In this document: positions 38,843-54,026 of the stretch, piece by piece
Position numbering within the stretch: position 1 is the first letter of the stretch
How the letters are laid out: the number at the start of each line of letters is the position of its first letter
Assembly: GCA_013265495.1 (NCBI GenBank)
Contig: MU058037.1
Span: forward strand, 1,489,498 to 1,553,497
Source: Vicugna vicugna
Taxonomy: Eukaryota
Length of the DNA stretch: 64,000 nt
Direction: 5' to 3'
Notes under the pieces: generated by a model
Database searches by the model: none
Seen by the model: only the letters and a program-made list of their open reading frames with translations
Told to the model about the DNA's origin: nothing
Program-made: the position numbers and the translations under genes

Positions 38843-41753
38843 ATCCCTGATATTCTTGGGTGGATTTGTAGGTAGCATGCCAGGACAGTCTGACCCAGAT
38901 CATAGGAGATAAATGCCTGGTGTTCATCTTCTTGGACATTAGCTTTTCCTTACAGCAAGTTCCAGCGACAAACAGTACATTCTGGAGCTCTGGGGCCTGG
39001 GTTGGGTAGTTTCGTGGGAGCATGAAATACTACTGGGAAATTATTTCTGGAGGTGAAGGGACTAAGCCCCCCTCAACCTGCTCCCGAGCAGTGGGCTTAT
39101 CAATATCACTCTGTTCTTACCCTTCTCACTATTTCCAGAAACTATGGCACCTGTGCTGAATTTCTTCTTCACCTTTGCACTGAGACCTTGGGTTTCAAGG
39201 AGTCAGCACCTCAGGTGGTCCTGTTTGGACACTGAGAAGGAGATGATACACACTTTATCAAGATGTCTTTACAGCTATCACTACAAGTGACAGATTTGGG
39301 AGATTCTCTCTCTACTTTTTCTATCTCCCTCCTATCCCTGGCTAAATTAGGAAGAATTCTAGCCCACTATTTGATATAATTCTTCGTTTATTAAAAAGCA
39401 CCAACAAACTAAAGCTTTCCTGGGTTGCCTAAGAAAAGGCTGAAATACCACTCTGCAAATTAACTTCATTTCTCACACTAAGCTGTGTGTCTCTGAGAAA
39501 GCAAGGCCAGAGAAGAGGCTATACAGAAAATTTGGTCAGGCCTTTATGGATTTTTGTGGAAAATTACAGGCAAACTGCTTCCCAGAGGCTGAAACCAGTG
39601 TGATTTTCATTCTAAGAGCAAATTAACTTATTTTTCTTAGCTCTTTATTTAGCACAAAATAAATGGATACTTTTCACATCTCTCCCAGTGATACTCAATT
39701 TTACAAGTAACTAATCATGAATAAACAGTGCCATCAATAGAAGAAGAAAATTTCCACTTTACTTCTCATGTTGATAGAAAAGGATAATTTGAAAAAAATT
39801 GACTTTCATCTAGAACTATCAAAGAAATACAATGCATTTCATTCATTTTTATGTAATTAAAGTTTTAAAAGACCTTATGTATGACTGAAAATAATGTGTC
39901 ATGAGTGTCTGATTTGAAGCTAGAAAAATATAGAAAATTGATTAGTAGACAATTAGCCAAATTATGTTCTTGGCAGAATTTAGTGTAACCTTGTTTTCTC
40001 TAAGTAAAACAATGCATAATGAAAAAGAACCCCACATCCTTTATACTTTTGTAGTTAAAGACAGCAATTCACTAAACTTTTATTTAAGTCAATGAAAGAG
40101 TCACTTCCAAGCTGCACTGGGTATTCTATTTAAATAGAAACAGTGGTTAGCAGTTATTCATTTGCATCTTTGTGAAATATTCTCAACCCTCAAAGAGCTA
40201 TATTTTGTATCAAGTTTAACTTCAGTATTAAGAATGGTACTCAGATGTCAAACAATTCTATAGAAGGGTGTTGTGGACACGTGCACCCAGTAGTTTGCTA
40301 CATAGAACACCCTGAGATCTAGTCCTGCAGAAGGTAGGAAGTCTAATATGTTTCTGACCTGTGTTCCAGTGCCTGGTGAATGTATACTCCATGTGGAAAT
40401 CCAAATTATTTCAGAGATTTCAGTTGCACTGTATTAGCAAGAGAGACTTGAAATGTAACTATTAACTTCTGCTTATGATTGTCTACCATGCTCCAGTAGC
40501 CACTAAAATATATACTCACATGACAGACCATGAATCCATGGAATGCACACTTTTTGGAACTTGCACGTATAATGTAACTTACCAGTTCTTTCACCCATCA
40601 TGAAATTTGTTTATATAATACCAAGTACAAAGGAAAGGAAATCAACTAAAATCAAGGCCAAGCTCAACTTCAAAGCAACGCCGAGTGATAAAATACAGAA
40701 GTTAAGCCTGAAAATCCAAGGTTTCTTATTCATGCAAATTGACCTTTTTAAAGATTCATTTGCCTATCAGTACATTGCCCACACATCTAATTCCTGTATC
40801 TTAAAAGAGGAGAAAGAAATCTATATGCACCTTTAAAGAACAGTTTTTATGCATTTTAAAGAAATTTGAAAAGGCAGGCTGGTGTGTGTATGTGCACGTG
40901 TGTGTGTATTCAGCTCTTACTACAATTTTAGGCCTACAATTTAAGCTCAAGTATGAAAGTGGGGAGTATAATTTTAACAATGAAGAAATGTGACTTAACA
41001 ACTGGCCTGACACTTCATTGTCCTGGCTAGCATTTGCTGTGCACAGTGATTTGATGGAGATGGTTTCCACGTTATTTGTGGAAGTATTCATGCTGCTTCT
41101 ACTCCCAGTAATGTTTTATCATCTCCTTGACTCCACATCCTTCTCATCCTGTGAGAACCAGTTTAGATAAAAGAGTCAACATTATGTCTTTCCCCATTTT
41201 CCTCCTGGAAGGAATCTCTCCAGCCTCATTCCCATGGACCCTGGTTTCTACTTTCCCATGTTTTACTTTCTGGATTGTACTAAGAGTGTCTTTTCTACTA
41301 GAATTCAATGTAATTTCAGGCAGGATGGGTGCCTATTTCACCTTAATACAATGAGAGTGCTAACAGAAGGCCTTACACAGAAATACTTTAGTATTTAATA
41401 AAATTTCTTCTCTCCCTCTTCACTGCTAAATCTACATCAAGCTCACCGATTCTCCAGCAAGTGTTTCCTCATTAATTCTGCCTCCTTCTCAGGTTTTTAA
41501 AAAAAATTTTGCATCCACTTGACAAATTTTTTAATCAGTTGCATGTTGTGCAAAAATTAGTACTCATTTACTTTATGTGGCTCTTTAATTTTTCCTAAGT
41601 AATTTCAAGTGTGTATTTTTGAGATCCTCAACAAGATGGTAAATTCCCATTGGCAGTAACCATGTTTTGCTATTTCTTGGAAATCTTTCTGCTCTATTTC
41701 CTCACCTTTCAGTGCTCCACCCACCCCCATTCTCTCACCCCAGGGCTCTAAAC

Positions 41754-42074
41754 CAGGGGTTGGTAAACTATAGCCTGCAGGACAAAGGAGGCTCTTTGCC
41801 TGTTTTCATAAAGCTTGTGGGTCAAGAATGGTTTTTACCTTTTTAAATGGATTAAAAAATAAAGTCAGAAGAAATATGTGAAAAATGTCATGAAATTCAA
41901 TCTCAGTGTCCATAAATAAATCTTTATTGAAGTACAGAATCTCCACCCCCCTCATGTGTCTACAGCTGCTTTTGTACTGGAACAGCAAAGTTGAATAGTT
42001 TAAACAGAACTCTTAAGGCCTGCAAAGCCTAAAACATTTACTATTTGGCTCTTTACAGAGTTTGCTGACCCCTG
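41754..42074. mobile_element. MER58 (B-length) hAT-Charlie non-autonomous DNA transposon
   Basis: Terminal inverted repeats caggggttggtaaact / agtttgctgacccctg; degenerate 8-bp target duplication ctctaaac / acctaaac. Confidence 0.88.
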
Positions 42075-42895
42075 ACCTAAACATTTGCTGACAGATTGGT
42101 TTTGGGATCTGGTTATCTCCTTTAGATCTCTCTAATCTTTAGTTTTTAGATGTTTTAAAAAGTTTTGCTCTGAGGTTTTACTCTGAGAGGAAACAGAAGG
42201 TTTTCAGAATTTTCACATCAACAAACAGGCTATGCCCACTGGAGACAGAACTAGAAATATGTTTGTATGTGTATCAACCTGTGGAATTCTTTTAACTTTA
42301 GGATGTCTCAAAATTTTCAATAAACTATTTATGCTTCCAAGGGATGTACAACAAACATTCTTTGGGAAATGTGAAGCCATTTTATAAAGGTGATCACAAC
42401 TTTTGTCAAGATTTCAATTCTGCATGAGGATATTTTGTTTCATAATTGTGAGGTTAATACCAAGGCAAGTTCCATAAGACCACAGAGTTAACACAGTAAC
42501 AGAACTGAATAACATAACCAAATGAGATAATTTATGGAAGAAGGGATCATTTATCTGAGCTCTTCACATTTAAAAGACTACTTAAATGTCTGTGAAAATG
42601 CAAAGTAGAAAAAGTAACTCACCACCAAGGACCTGGACTTGGGTCAATATATAGGACCAATTTTAGGCTTTTTAATTTTTAAGATTTTTTTTTCCTCCAT
42701 AGGAAACAGGCTGAGGGAGATGGCAACAAACAGGAGAGAACTCCACATTAGCTGCTCCAAAATTTGACAGTTTATTCCCTGTTTAACTTATTAAACTCTA
42801 CCCATAAGATGCTATGGTTTGGATTCAAAGTACACAGAAGAGAAATAACCACAGTCTGACATATACATTTTCTCTCAAGTGATAGCAGTGAATCA

Positions 42896-43099
<204 letters not shown>

Positions 43100-45094
43100 T
43101 TAAAATGTGTAAGAATATACTGAATGATCCTACATAAAAGGTGTTTTTTTCTACTCTTCACACACAGTCTTCAATGAGCTTTAATTTGCTGTAGTACAAA
43201 TTGTTCTCATACTGAAGATGCTATTTCAATAGAAAAGTCTTGGCAAACCTGTTAATATCTGTAAGGTAAAGGGTTTTGAGATGACCAAAGCCTTATTAAT
43301 TCTGTTGCTCTAAATGTAGAAGCACTACAAGTATGTTTGCTGTTCTGTTCCTTCAGAACCAATGCTCCTTTAGAAATATTTAAACAATATCATATATATT
43401 TTGCTCCAAGAAGGGGAAAAATTATGGACCTTGCTTGTCAAAATAAGTTTTACTATGAAATATTAGTTTTAATGAAGTTCCTTTAAGTTTAATGATTCAA
43501 GGGGAAACACATCTCAGTAGTACTTTGGAAATATGTCTCTAAATACAAGGGTATGAGGTTTTCCAAAAACAAAACAAGCACATACAACTTTAACCTCTGT
43601 TTAGATCCTGAAAATTTATTTTCACGAACAACAGTAATTTAAAAATAAATCTTAGTTCTGTCCTTTCAGTAGTGTTGCTATTGCCAATGGAGGGGAATGC
43701 CTGAGGCAAAGCGATGTTTCAATCTCCATCTTTTGTCCCACCAGGTCTTTCCTTGTATTCATTATGTCACCTGTTTACACTGCATCAGATTATCAAAATC
43801 ACAAAGTCTTTAAACTAACATGACAATTTTCCACAGGTCAATCTTGAGCTATGATCCATATATTTTCACAAATAAGAAAGTAAGGAAGAACCCACCTTCC
43901 AAACTAGGTTGAGTACATTTGGAATTGCTAGTATTGCTAATATTATTAAATTGTGGAATCATTTCATTGAGATACATTTTTAGGAAAAAAATTGTGTTTG
44001 AAAACTTTTTCTCCTAAGAGATTTTTATCTCCCCTGTCAAGTGGAAGATGACATTCTATGAAATAACTCATATATTTCATCATTTTTGCCAAGTAATATT
44101 AACTGTGCATCAGATACTTAGAATATCTTGAAAAGGGAGGGAGGAAAGTTGTTTCTCTAATGGACAAAATCATAGTCATGGAAATTTAAGCTTTAGTTTT
44201 AAGAATAAGTCACTTAAAGCTCAACTTTATTTTGACCAAACCTACAATGTAATTATCACCTCAAGTATGTCTGGGAAATAAAGAAGGAACTGGAACAGAA
44301 ATGAAGAAAAAAAAATTGGTCAAATGAATTCAGTAGCATGGTATACACACACACAATCCAGAAAATTATATACTGTAAGTCAAGAAGTCAACTTCATGAC
44401 AAATAACCTTTTAAAAATGATTCTAATCATTAGTAAAAGGTCAAAATTAAAATCTAGTCTATAGGTCATTTGTAGTAAAAAGGGGTCAAATTTGTACTAC
44501 AAGGCAAATCTAAGCATTCTTCAGAAAGACTGGAGTGGTGCTTTTTGGGTGAAAATGATGATACCACTACAGGAACATTTGTTACTGAATTTTAATCCAG
44601 TACCTCATATTTATTACTTTTTAATACATCATTGAAATTTCATTTTACCAGAAGTCTAAGGAACAATGAGGTCTTTATGAGATGAATCAGGAAACTAAAA
44701 AGGGATTTCTCCATTTTTCAGTTCAACAACATATATTAAATGTCTGCTATATGCTGAACAATGAGCTATGTTTTGGGGGGTCCAAAAATGAGTAAGACAG
44801 AATTCCTCTCTTCAGTGAGCTCCAGAATTCCTAAATTTCATAAGACAATTAAAAAGTTAAACTACTTTTAGGAGGAAAATTTCTGTTCACAGTAAAAACT
44901 CAAGAAATTGTGTGCATAAACTTGGACCAGTGTGTACAGACACAAAAGGCTGAATACTACACAATAGTTATTGCTGTCTTAGATAAATGTCCTCAGGCCT
45001 CAGCTAAAAGATGCTTCTCTAAACATTTACTGCAGTTATGATTTGGTGTGTATATGCTATTATGAACAGCAAATAGATATGCATTTCTTGACAT

Positions 45095-45240
45095 GAGTCA
45101 AGAAATACTTATTGAGAGACTATGTGTGCCAGCTCATGTTCTAGGTATTGAGGATACACTGATAAATGGAAGAGTATCTGTCTTTGTGATGTTTATATCT
45201 TTGTGAGGCAGACAGACAACAAATAGGGATAACAGGATTG
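45095..45240 (-). mobile_element. L2 3' end fragment
   Basis: aaatacttattgagagactatgtgtgccag...gttctaggtattgaggatac. Confidence 0.55.
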
Positions 45241-47216
45241 AGCTGACAGTGAACATTCCAATGAAGTTGTCAATAATTGACACAGAATAATGTACTGAGA
45301 GGGAAAAAAGAGTAAGAACTATGGAAGAAATGCCCAAATAATAATTACCAAATAAAAGTTGGTGAGTTCTCACAATTACAAGGACGTATGTGCTGACAAG
45401 ATAAGGAATATGTAGGCCAAGTGAATTCAGTAAATAAGTCTCAGAATACTTGAGAAACATGATATTTTGTTTTCTTCCCACAGATTTCACACAGACTGGT
45501 AAAAAAGTTTTTTTTTTACTGTTTCAATGCTCATTTCTGAGGAGGGAACAGATGGATTGGTGGTAGGGTACTCAAAAGTGTTTTTGCAAATTACCTCACA
45601 ATCGAACTTCAAGTTACTTAAAATATAGAAGGTGAGACTTTAATATTCCTTGTTATACATATTTAGGTATATGTATATGTACTTATATTTGGGTGTATGT
45701 ATGAGTGTGTGTATGTATGTGTATACACACACACGCAGATTTTTTAGAACAAAATTAAAGAATTACTTTTTCACTCCAAAGACTAGCACTACATTTAAAA
45801 AATCTATGATAAAAATATATATGATAATACTTTAGAAATTATGAAATAACCAGATAAGGCATTTATTTGTAATTATTATAATATAATTATAGTTATTAAT
45901 AATGATATCATCTCTTGAAGACTTGGGTACATGCCTTCAAAGGATTACATATAGAATGAACCAGAACCTAGATCATCTTGCTGTTAGGTAACAATCAGGT
46001 TATTTATAATAAAGTTGTTGAAGTATGTCTCTCCCCATCACCAATCCTCTGTGAATATTGCCAGCACTGACTCTCCTTTCTATTAACAAGTACTTTAAAA
46101 AAGAAAACTTGCCTACTGAAAGTAGACATTAGGAAGACGGTTATTAAAGACATAAAAAACAAAGCAAAATAATAAAAGCCCATTATACTTAAATTTTAAA
46201 AAAGATTCAGTATTTCAGGACAACTTAATTCAGAAGGCTATAGTATAGCATGGCAAGGCTTACATAAAAAAGCACTCTTAAATGTACGATGTGGAGATGA
46301 CATATTTGATCAGATTTATTTTTTCTTTGCCCCATTCCTTAGAAAAACCAACAAAATGAAACATGGGTTTGGTTTAGCTTCTTTGATACCCTGAGTCAGA
46401 TACATCCATCGGAATATCAGGGAAGAGTACTGACATCATACACTTGTGAAGTTATTGCTAACACAGGGTAGAGAATGGAGACCAAGAATGATTTTATAGT
46501 TCATAAAAATGCACTGCTGAACAGGCCATTTTCTAAACCTAAAAAGACCCTGATTAGTAAGTGTAAGGAATGATTAGATTATGTTAATTAAATTTTTTGG
46601 ATGGAGGTAACTGTGTTCTAGTGGAACCAGCTTATTAGAGAAGATATGCTCATAAATACCACTTATTTCCTGTTTGGTCATGATGTAAATCTTTCCTATT
46701 TATCCCAAGGCATTGAGCTCAATATGTGGCAAAATGGATAGTGAGTAACCACAACAGTAGGATTATAAAATTATTAAAACACAAAATAGAGTACCATCCC
46801 TCCCCCATGAGTACATAAACATTTTCATTCTGAGAACAAGCTCCCCAAATTCTGATTGCCTAGTGTGAAATTTCAAGAATGATAACATACAAATCAAGAG
46901 AAGATTATGGAAACTAAACGAAAGGCTCAGTTCCCTTACTAATAATAAAATATTTTATCAAGTGTTCTCAACACCTTTCTTTGCCCTTTCCTTGTATTCA
47001 CATCCTTGCTTTGGAAAAACCATGCCTATACTCCAAAGTGTCAAAGAACAAGATTATTTATAAAAGCATAGTAAGTGTCTATTTGTGTGTTCAAACAGCA
47101 TTTATGAAGTGGCACAACTTTGCTTAAAGTATATGGATACTAATTCTTTACAGATACACAAAGAAAGTTATATGCGGTAGAAGCTCAAAGTATACAAAAG
47201 GGATATATATTGATGG

Positions 47217-47460
47217 CAAACATTTATTTACAGTTTAGCAGGCACTATTCTAAGCCCTTTGTATGTACTTATTTGCTCCTTATAAAAGTCCTATGGATGG
47301 AAATGGTTATTATCTCCATTTTTTAAAAAATGAGTCAATACCTGGCATAGAGACGTTAAGATCTATATCCAAGGCCACACAGCTGGTAAATGGGAGAGCT
47401 GGGATTTGGACAGCCTGGTTTCAAAGTCCATGCTCTTAACCACTATGCTATGCTGCCTCT
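47217..47460 (-). mobile_element. MIR SINE
   Basis: caggcactattctaagc...ccaaggccacacagctggtaaatgg...gtccatgctcttaaccactatgct. Confidence 0.8.
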
Positions 47461-48194
47461 CCCTAACTGTTGGCACATTATATATGTAAGTAACATGCAT
47501 TGTCTGCTGAAGACATGTAAAGGGGAAAATTTTAAATCTTAAATCTAATTTCTACAAATCTAGAAAAGGGAAAGGAGAAGAAGAAAAAAGAAGAAAGGAT
47601 CAAACTCATAAGAACTAAAGTGGAAACATGAAGCATAATGTTGTAGACGATGAAAAAATATATAGAGATTTTCCCAGAGCTACCAAATAACCATGTACCA
47701 TCTAGTCACTTGGCTGCACAATCCTGTCCAGTGATACAAGAAAGGTGACAGAAGGATACATTAACTTTGCTTACGCCTGAATTATTGAAATGGATATTCT
47801 GTCATAAATACTCAGTACTTGGAAAAGGCAGCATTTTTGGTGGGTATCTTTTTTTTCTCACCTGGGAATAAATTTGAAGACATATTTCCAATATGGACTT
47901 CTAAAATATATATATTCTTTTCTACAGTGGAGTTTTTGGGTTTTTTTTTTTTTGGCTTATATATGGATTCTGGCACATTTTTGGTAAACTTGACAAAAAG
48001 TCTATTTATTTTGACTTTTTTAAATGCTATTTTTTAAAATTAGGTATATGGTTACATGGAGCTATAGCTGCGTTCATTTTATTTTAAACTGATTGGTCTA
48101 GAAACTTCAGTGACATTATTCTCTAAGCATTAATGTGGAAAACTTACAATTCTAAATGACTTTCTAAGTATTTTGCAATTTAAGTAACACTTTA

Positions 48195-48290
<96 letters not shown>

Positions 48291-48553
48291 TTACTTTATT
48301 TCAAATTGGGAAGTAAGTTAGAACCAAATACTTTTTATGGATAAAATTACCTCAGCATCTAACCTGAGTTCACATATATAATGCTTCTGCCATGATGACA
48401 GAAATCAGTAAAAAATTCAATTTTCTGCCCACAAAACTGCTTTCTTATTACCTCAATTTGAAAGCATTAGACAAGCAACCTATAATTTAAAAGCTAGAAA
48501 TTAGAAAAAAAAAAAAAACCCTTCTCTTCTCTCCCCAAATAAAATCAACTTAC

Positions 48554-48627
48554 TATTTCTTGCGGCATTCACTGGCTCTATCAATTTTAAATTCAGGCAG
48601 ACTGATGAATCCTTCTGCTTTTTCATC
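48554..48627 (-). CDS. CNKSR2: CNKSR2 exon (~16), 74 nt, [25 protein letters not shown]
   Basis: Acceptor ctctttag|GAT, donor AAATA|gtaagt; phase 0 to 2. Confidence 0.96.
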
Positions 48628-50636
48628 CTAAAGAGGCAACACTCTTTTTAGGGTATTATATACAAAGGTTTGATGCTGATGCTACTATACAACTATGCCT
48701 TAAATATCTATACTAATAAACCTGTTCATTTAATTCCTTAAATTTAACATTTCAGAGATAAGAATTTCACTCTTAACTGTTATAGTTACATTGAAGGTGT
48801 ATTTTGAACACTTAGAATATTACAAACTAAAATATATATAGAAATTTAAAAAGCCTTTTTATATTAAAAGGAAAATAGAAAACATTTTAATTCTCAAAGT
48901 GAAACATTTTGCAATTAATTTCTCATCAGAATATATATACATTTCTTATAACATAAAAGAACTTTAGTCCACATTTACAATTCACAATTTTCTATCATTT
49001 TAAATGATCAGATGTAAAATATAGAGATGTTTACTAATTCCTTTACTGCCTCCAAAAATCTCTTATCAAGCCCAAATTAAATAATTATTTTGTGTATTCA
49101 AGATCTTAAAAATGAAATAAATGAATTTAATTTTCAAATAACTGACTTCGTTTTACAGGCTATATATATAAAAGTCATTTTTCACTTGGAAAATTGAACA
49201 AAATCCATAAAATCCCTCTCTCTAATGTGAGTTGGAAAAACAAGATAGGAGAATTATCCAAAATCTTCCATTAGATACAAGTTATTCCAACTAGGCTAAG
49301 ACTATTTTTGGCTAAACCCTTTAATTGTTCTTGTCCCTTTGAAGTTCATGAGCCAACTCCTTGGACTTTTACTCTCCCGAACTTTGATCTATGCTGTACC
49401 AGTTCATGGTTCCTTATATATCAAGTTCAAGTGAGATTAAATACTCATCTGCTATCTCAAAGAAAATGAATAGAAACTCTCAGTTCTATTAGAGTGTGTG
49501 TGTCGTATATATTGAAAACTTATTAAAAAATTTGATGCTAATGATAGTGACTGAAATGTGTGTTATATAAAAGAGCAATATTATAACTTTTAAAAATATT
49601 TATCAATATTTGAGTATTTTTGTTCAATCTTGGGATAAATACAATAGTATCAAATCTCTTTCTCAACTTTGATTTCTGTTATGTTACCCTTGACATCTTT
49701 AATGTTAAAATTTAAAATTCTGAACAATTTAAAATACTTTTGGGGTAGTTATGATCTCCCCATTAAACGTTCAAAGACAGAATACTGCACAGTAGACAAA
49801 TCTACAAGTGATCTTAAAATAAAGAGAAACATACAGATGCTATGTTTTTTATACTACTTGATTGGCATGTAAAAAGTATCCAGCCAGCACACTGTATTAA
49901 ACCATGTACATTTTTAGGAAAAAACAGGTTAACAGTAGAAATTGTTGTTTAAGAAAAACTTAAGGTGAACTGATAGATGGCTATAGCAAAGGAATCAAGG
50001 CAAATGTAGAGTCAAGGGAATATCAACAAATAAGGTATATTCTGTGTATCTTGTGATATGCGATAGGTTATATAATTACTCTGGTTATAAAATCTATATA
50101 CTACAAATGAAATAGTAAATCATAAGAGCAATTTGCATGGATTACATATCTTTCCCCTGCTGCCCCTAATGGGCCAAATGAAATGAATACTTGCAGATTT
50201 TCAAAACTAGTCTGCTAGTTCATTTATTCTTTAAGAAAAACTGAACCAAATACAGGTGACATTAATTAACTTACTAAAAGACTTCCCAAGAAAAGCAAAC
50301 AGAAACAAAATTAAAAACTTCGAACAAAAGCAAGACATTTAAAAATCGATACCAAATTTCCAGGTGTAATCCTTTCAGTTAAGCTATTGTTTGAATTAAT
50401 TTGGTATTTTTGATTAGAGAATTTTATAATACAGAGAATTTTATTATACTTTATCTGTGTTTCAGATATGTTTCTACATTAGAATAACGGAGACAACTAT
50501 CTTCCCAGAACCGAACCTCACAATGCAATCATTTTAGGAAGGCAGACTGAAAAATACTAGAAGTCTCCTGAATTAGCCTTAAGGTGATTATTATGATTTT
50601 AAAATATAAGTATAAAAATGGTGGTTCTTTCGGTTA

Positions 50637-50924
<288 letters not shown>

Positions 50925-51271
50925 TCATAAAAATAAGTCTAGGTACTAAACAACCTTTAACATTCTCATTTTCTTATTGTAACAGAATAGAAAAATATGG
51001 AAATCTTTAATACCTTTTTGCCCACATAAGTGACATATAATTTAATCACAAGTGTGCGATCCCAGTCTCAAAACCTGTTGAGACCATTTGCTGTAAAAGG
51101 TATCTTGTATTATAATCGACCTGAAGGAGAAGCTGGTCTTAGTAGCTCTTCTGCTAGGGTGTTGTGCTCTTCCAAACCGCACTGGGCTTAGGCAAGAGAG
51201 GCTGGGTGAAGTGTGCTGGTGATTATCCCAGTGCAAACTAAGCTACTAAATGCTTCGTTTTCTTTTCTTAC

Positions 51272-51320
51272 CTTTGTTTTTCTTCTTTGATTTGTGCTGC
51301 AGAGAAGACTGCTGAAATGT
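51272..51320 (-). CDS. CNKSR2: CNKSR2 exon (~14), 49 nt, TFQQSSLQHKSKKKNK-G
   Basis: Acceptor ttgatttcag|ACA, donor AAAG|gtaaga; phase 0 to 1, in frame with the next exon. Confidence 0.95.
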
Positions 51321-51659
51321 CTGAAATCAAAGATAGGGAAGAATGTTATCTGACATTCAAGGTGCTATCGGAGATCCAGCGAGAGGCACAGAACTCTCAA
51401 TAGCTGAACGATGACTCTGAATCCCTTTTCTAAAGACTCAAAACAAATTCTTAATCTCTCCTGAAGTAAGAGAGGATAATATCTTTGTCCTGATTTTGCA
51501 GGCAGAGAAACCAGAGCACAGAGTAGTGGTGAAAATCAAGGCTCTTATCTATGTATAGTATCACTGGGTACCTTTTTAAGGACTTTATTGTGCTTTCTCG
51601 GGCAATATCTCATTTGATTCTCCCCCAAATCTTATGAATTAATCAAGTAAACACGACTA

Positions 51660-52260
51660 TCACTTGTTCCTTTGAAGTTCATTCTATTCCATAAACCACC
51701 ATCACCTACTGATCTCCTTAGGCACTCCCCCTCAGTTGCTATCAATTTCAGCACTTGAATCAGTATTTTCTTCTCAAACCTATTGTGTCCCTACTACTGG
51801 TAACTAATCTTCATATATGTGATGTCAGTACCCTGGCTTCTCAGTCCCTCAGCTCTAATTCCTCAGCTACCCATCCCCATTACCCTATGCTTGTTCTTCT
51901 TAAGCATACTCCAACGACTGCCTCCATTATCTCCATTTTACATAGTACAATACCCCCAAGCCAGCAACTTTTAGAAAATCTCCACTGAGACATTCAGTTC
52001 ATTGACTTTACCACCCTTTTGTGCCGTTTTTTTTCTCTTCTTCCACTTGGTTTCCATGGGACATCATTATTATCACTCCCTTGAGCTATGCTCCCTGCCT
52101 CATACTTGCCTAGCTAAAAGACCATCCCAGTTAAACTCACCTATCAGTCTACTCCATGTTAAGGACCAGAAGAGTGTAATGTCTTAACAGAAAAATCCAC
52201 AACTGCACTGACTGGGCGAGACTTTAATTTATGACTATAAATCACTGGTTCCAGACAGTC
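51660..52260 (+). mobile_element. Degraded internal L2 fragment
   Basis: C/T-rich; tttgaagttcat, accctggcttctcagt and aaaatccacaactgcactgactgg resemble L2 ORF remnants. Confidence 0.55.
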
Positions 52261-53482
52261 TACTAAACTAGATTATTCACTGTTCTAAATAAGGTTAATT
52301 ATGTTCATATGATTAGCTAACTAACAGGGTACAGAGACAGCATGTGTAATTTTAATTCACAGATAATCCCTCAAAATGAATTTCTTTTAACAAATTCTTC
52401 TTTTTCTTTACAAAGGTATATCTGTAAGGGACAATTGGATTTTGTCTACATAAAATTCGCTGGTCTTGGTTTTATACAATCAATTTGTATTCTGTGACAT
52501 ACTTTTAAATTAAGTATCTTTGCTTGTAAAATAACATTCTTATACAACAATTTTCACATTCTGTACATGGTTTACAAAATTCTCATGAATATAATATTAT
52601 GGATGGATATTAGCCCTAAAGAAAAGGATTAGATAATTTGCTGACATTTAGTGTAATCCAGAACTAATCACTCAATTGTCAAAGCAATATAAGTACATAT
52701 GTATGTGGGAATGCGTCTGTGTATAAAACTTTGCAGGATCCATGGCTACAGAAATTCACAATCAATTTTTGAGAAAGCATAAAAGATAAAACCCATTATG
52801 CTGTGTTGATTTTCTTGAGTGAACTTTGCTTCAAAATAATAACTCAGGCTAGTGTGCTTAAGTATAGTTAATTTACATATAGTTATTTTCCCTAAATTGT
52901 TTGGCTGTAAAATTAGTGATTGGGTTTTTTTTTCCCTTTTGTGTTTCCACAAGTAATCATTATAATTTTACAGCTCATTATTTTTAAAAATGACAAAGAT
53001 GGGGGTGGTTTGTTTTTAGGAAGCTACATGGATAACAGACAGCTTGAAAGAACTGTTATATAATGTACCTCCTATGCTTTTTGCACATTGTTCCTTAGAA
53101 CCAGAAGGTCTACTTGAAAATCTACACAAAAATATATCTTACGCTCTCCAGGTTTTCTTTTTAACATGATTATCTTTTCTTTCCCTATAAATAGATATTC
53201 TCGTACCAACTGTGATTGCAGAATATAATCAGTATACATATTGTTGAAACCTAAGAATTCCTAGGCACAAAATACAGATGTATCCATCGTTCAAAGAAGC
53301 AAAGCTTTAGATGTCTTTTGTATATATGTTAGTATTACAATGGAATTCTCTTAAGAGAGACTTTCTTATTTTTCCAATGAAAATAACATGACATTTTCTA
53401 AAATGAAAGAGTTAACTGAATTATATGCTTTTGAAAGTTAACAGGAAAAACAATGAAACCTACACTTAAGGAAATAGGTTGC

Positions 53483-54026
53483 TGTGCCGAAGAGTTAATA
53501 CAGCAGGCCTGAGGCTATCTTAGAAGGGGTTGCTAGCAAGGCTGGCCCTTAGCTGACATCAGGGAGCTTGGCTGGTAAATAGTTCCCTATACTGACATGA
53601 AGGTTCTCTAAGCAGTAAGACTATTTTGCCCAGCTGGGGACTAAATGCCTGCCTTCTTTTTGGGAGTCTGGAATTTAGGTAGTTGCTAGGCAGAAGATAC
53701 CTTTGTAAGCAATCCAATAAAATCCTTGAGTGATGAGTCTTCAATGGGCTCCCCTGAGCAGAGACATTATACATATGTGACTGCATTTTTGCTGCTGGGG
53801 GAGAACAGTCTGTATGATCTGTCATGAGAAGGAGAGAGCACAGGAAGTCTGCATATGGATTTCTCCAGATTCCATGGGTATCATTTTTCCTTACTGATCT
53901 GGCTGTATATGTATATGCTTGCTGTGTCACTGGAGCAAATCTTACCTGTGGGTAGAACTATAGGTTGAGTCTTATGAGTCCTAGTGAATCAGTGAACATG
54001 TGGGTGATTTGGGGACCCCTGAAACA
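53483..54026 (+). mobile_element. Solo LTR, MER68-like (ERVL)
   Basis: TG...CA ends; start tgtgccgaagagttaatacagcaggcctgag and end ttggggacccctgaaaca resemble MER68. Confidence 0.8.

Noticed and set aside
51060..51260. Possible intronic snoRNA or miRNA
   Set aside because: No correctly placed H/ACA or C/D boxes, and the stems are too interrupted for a pre-miRNA; kept only as a splicing-structure hypothesis.
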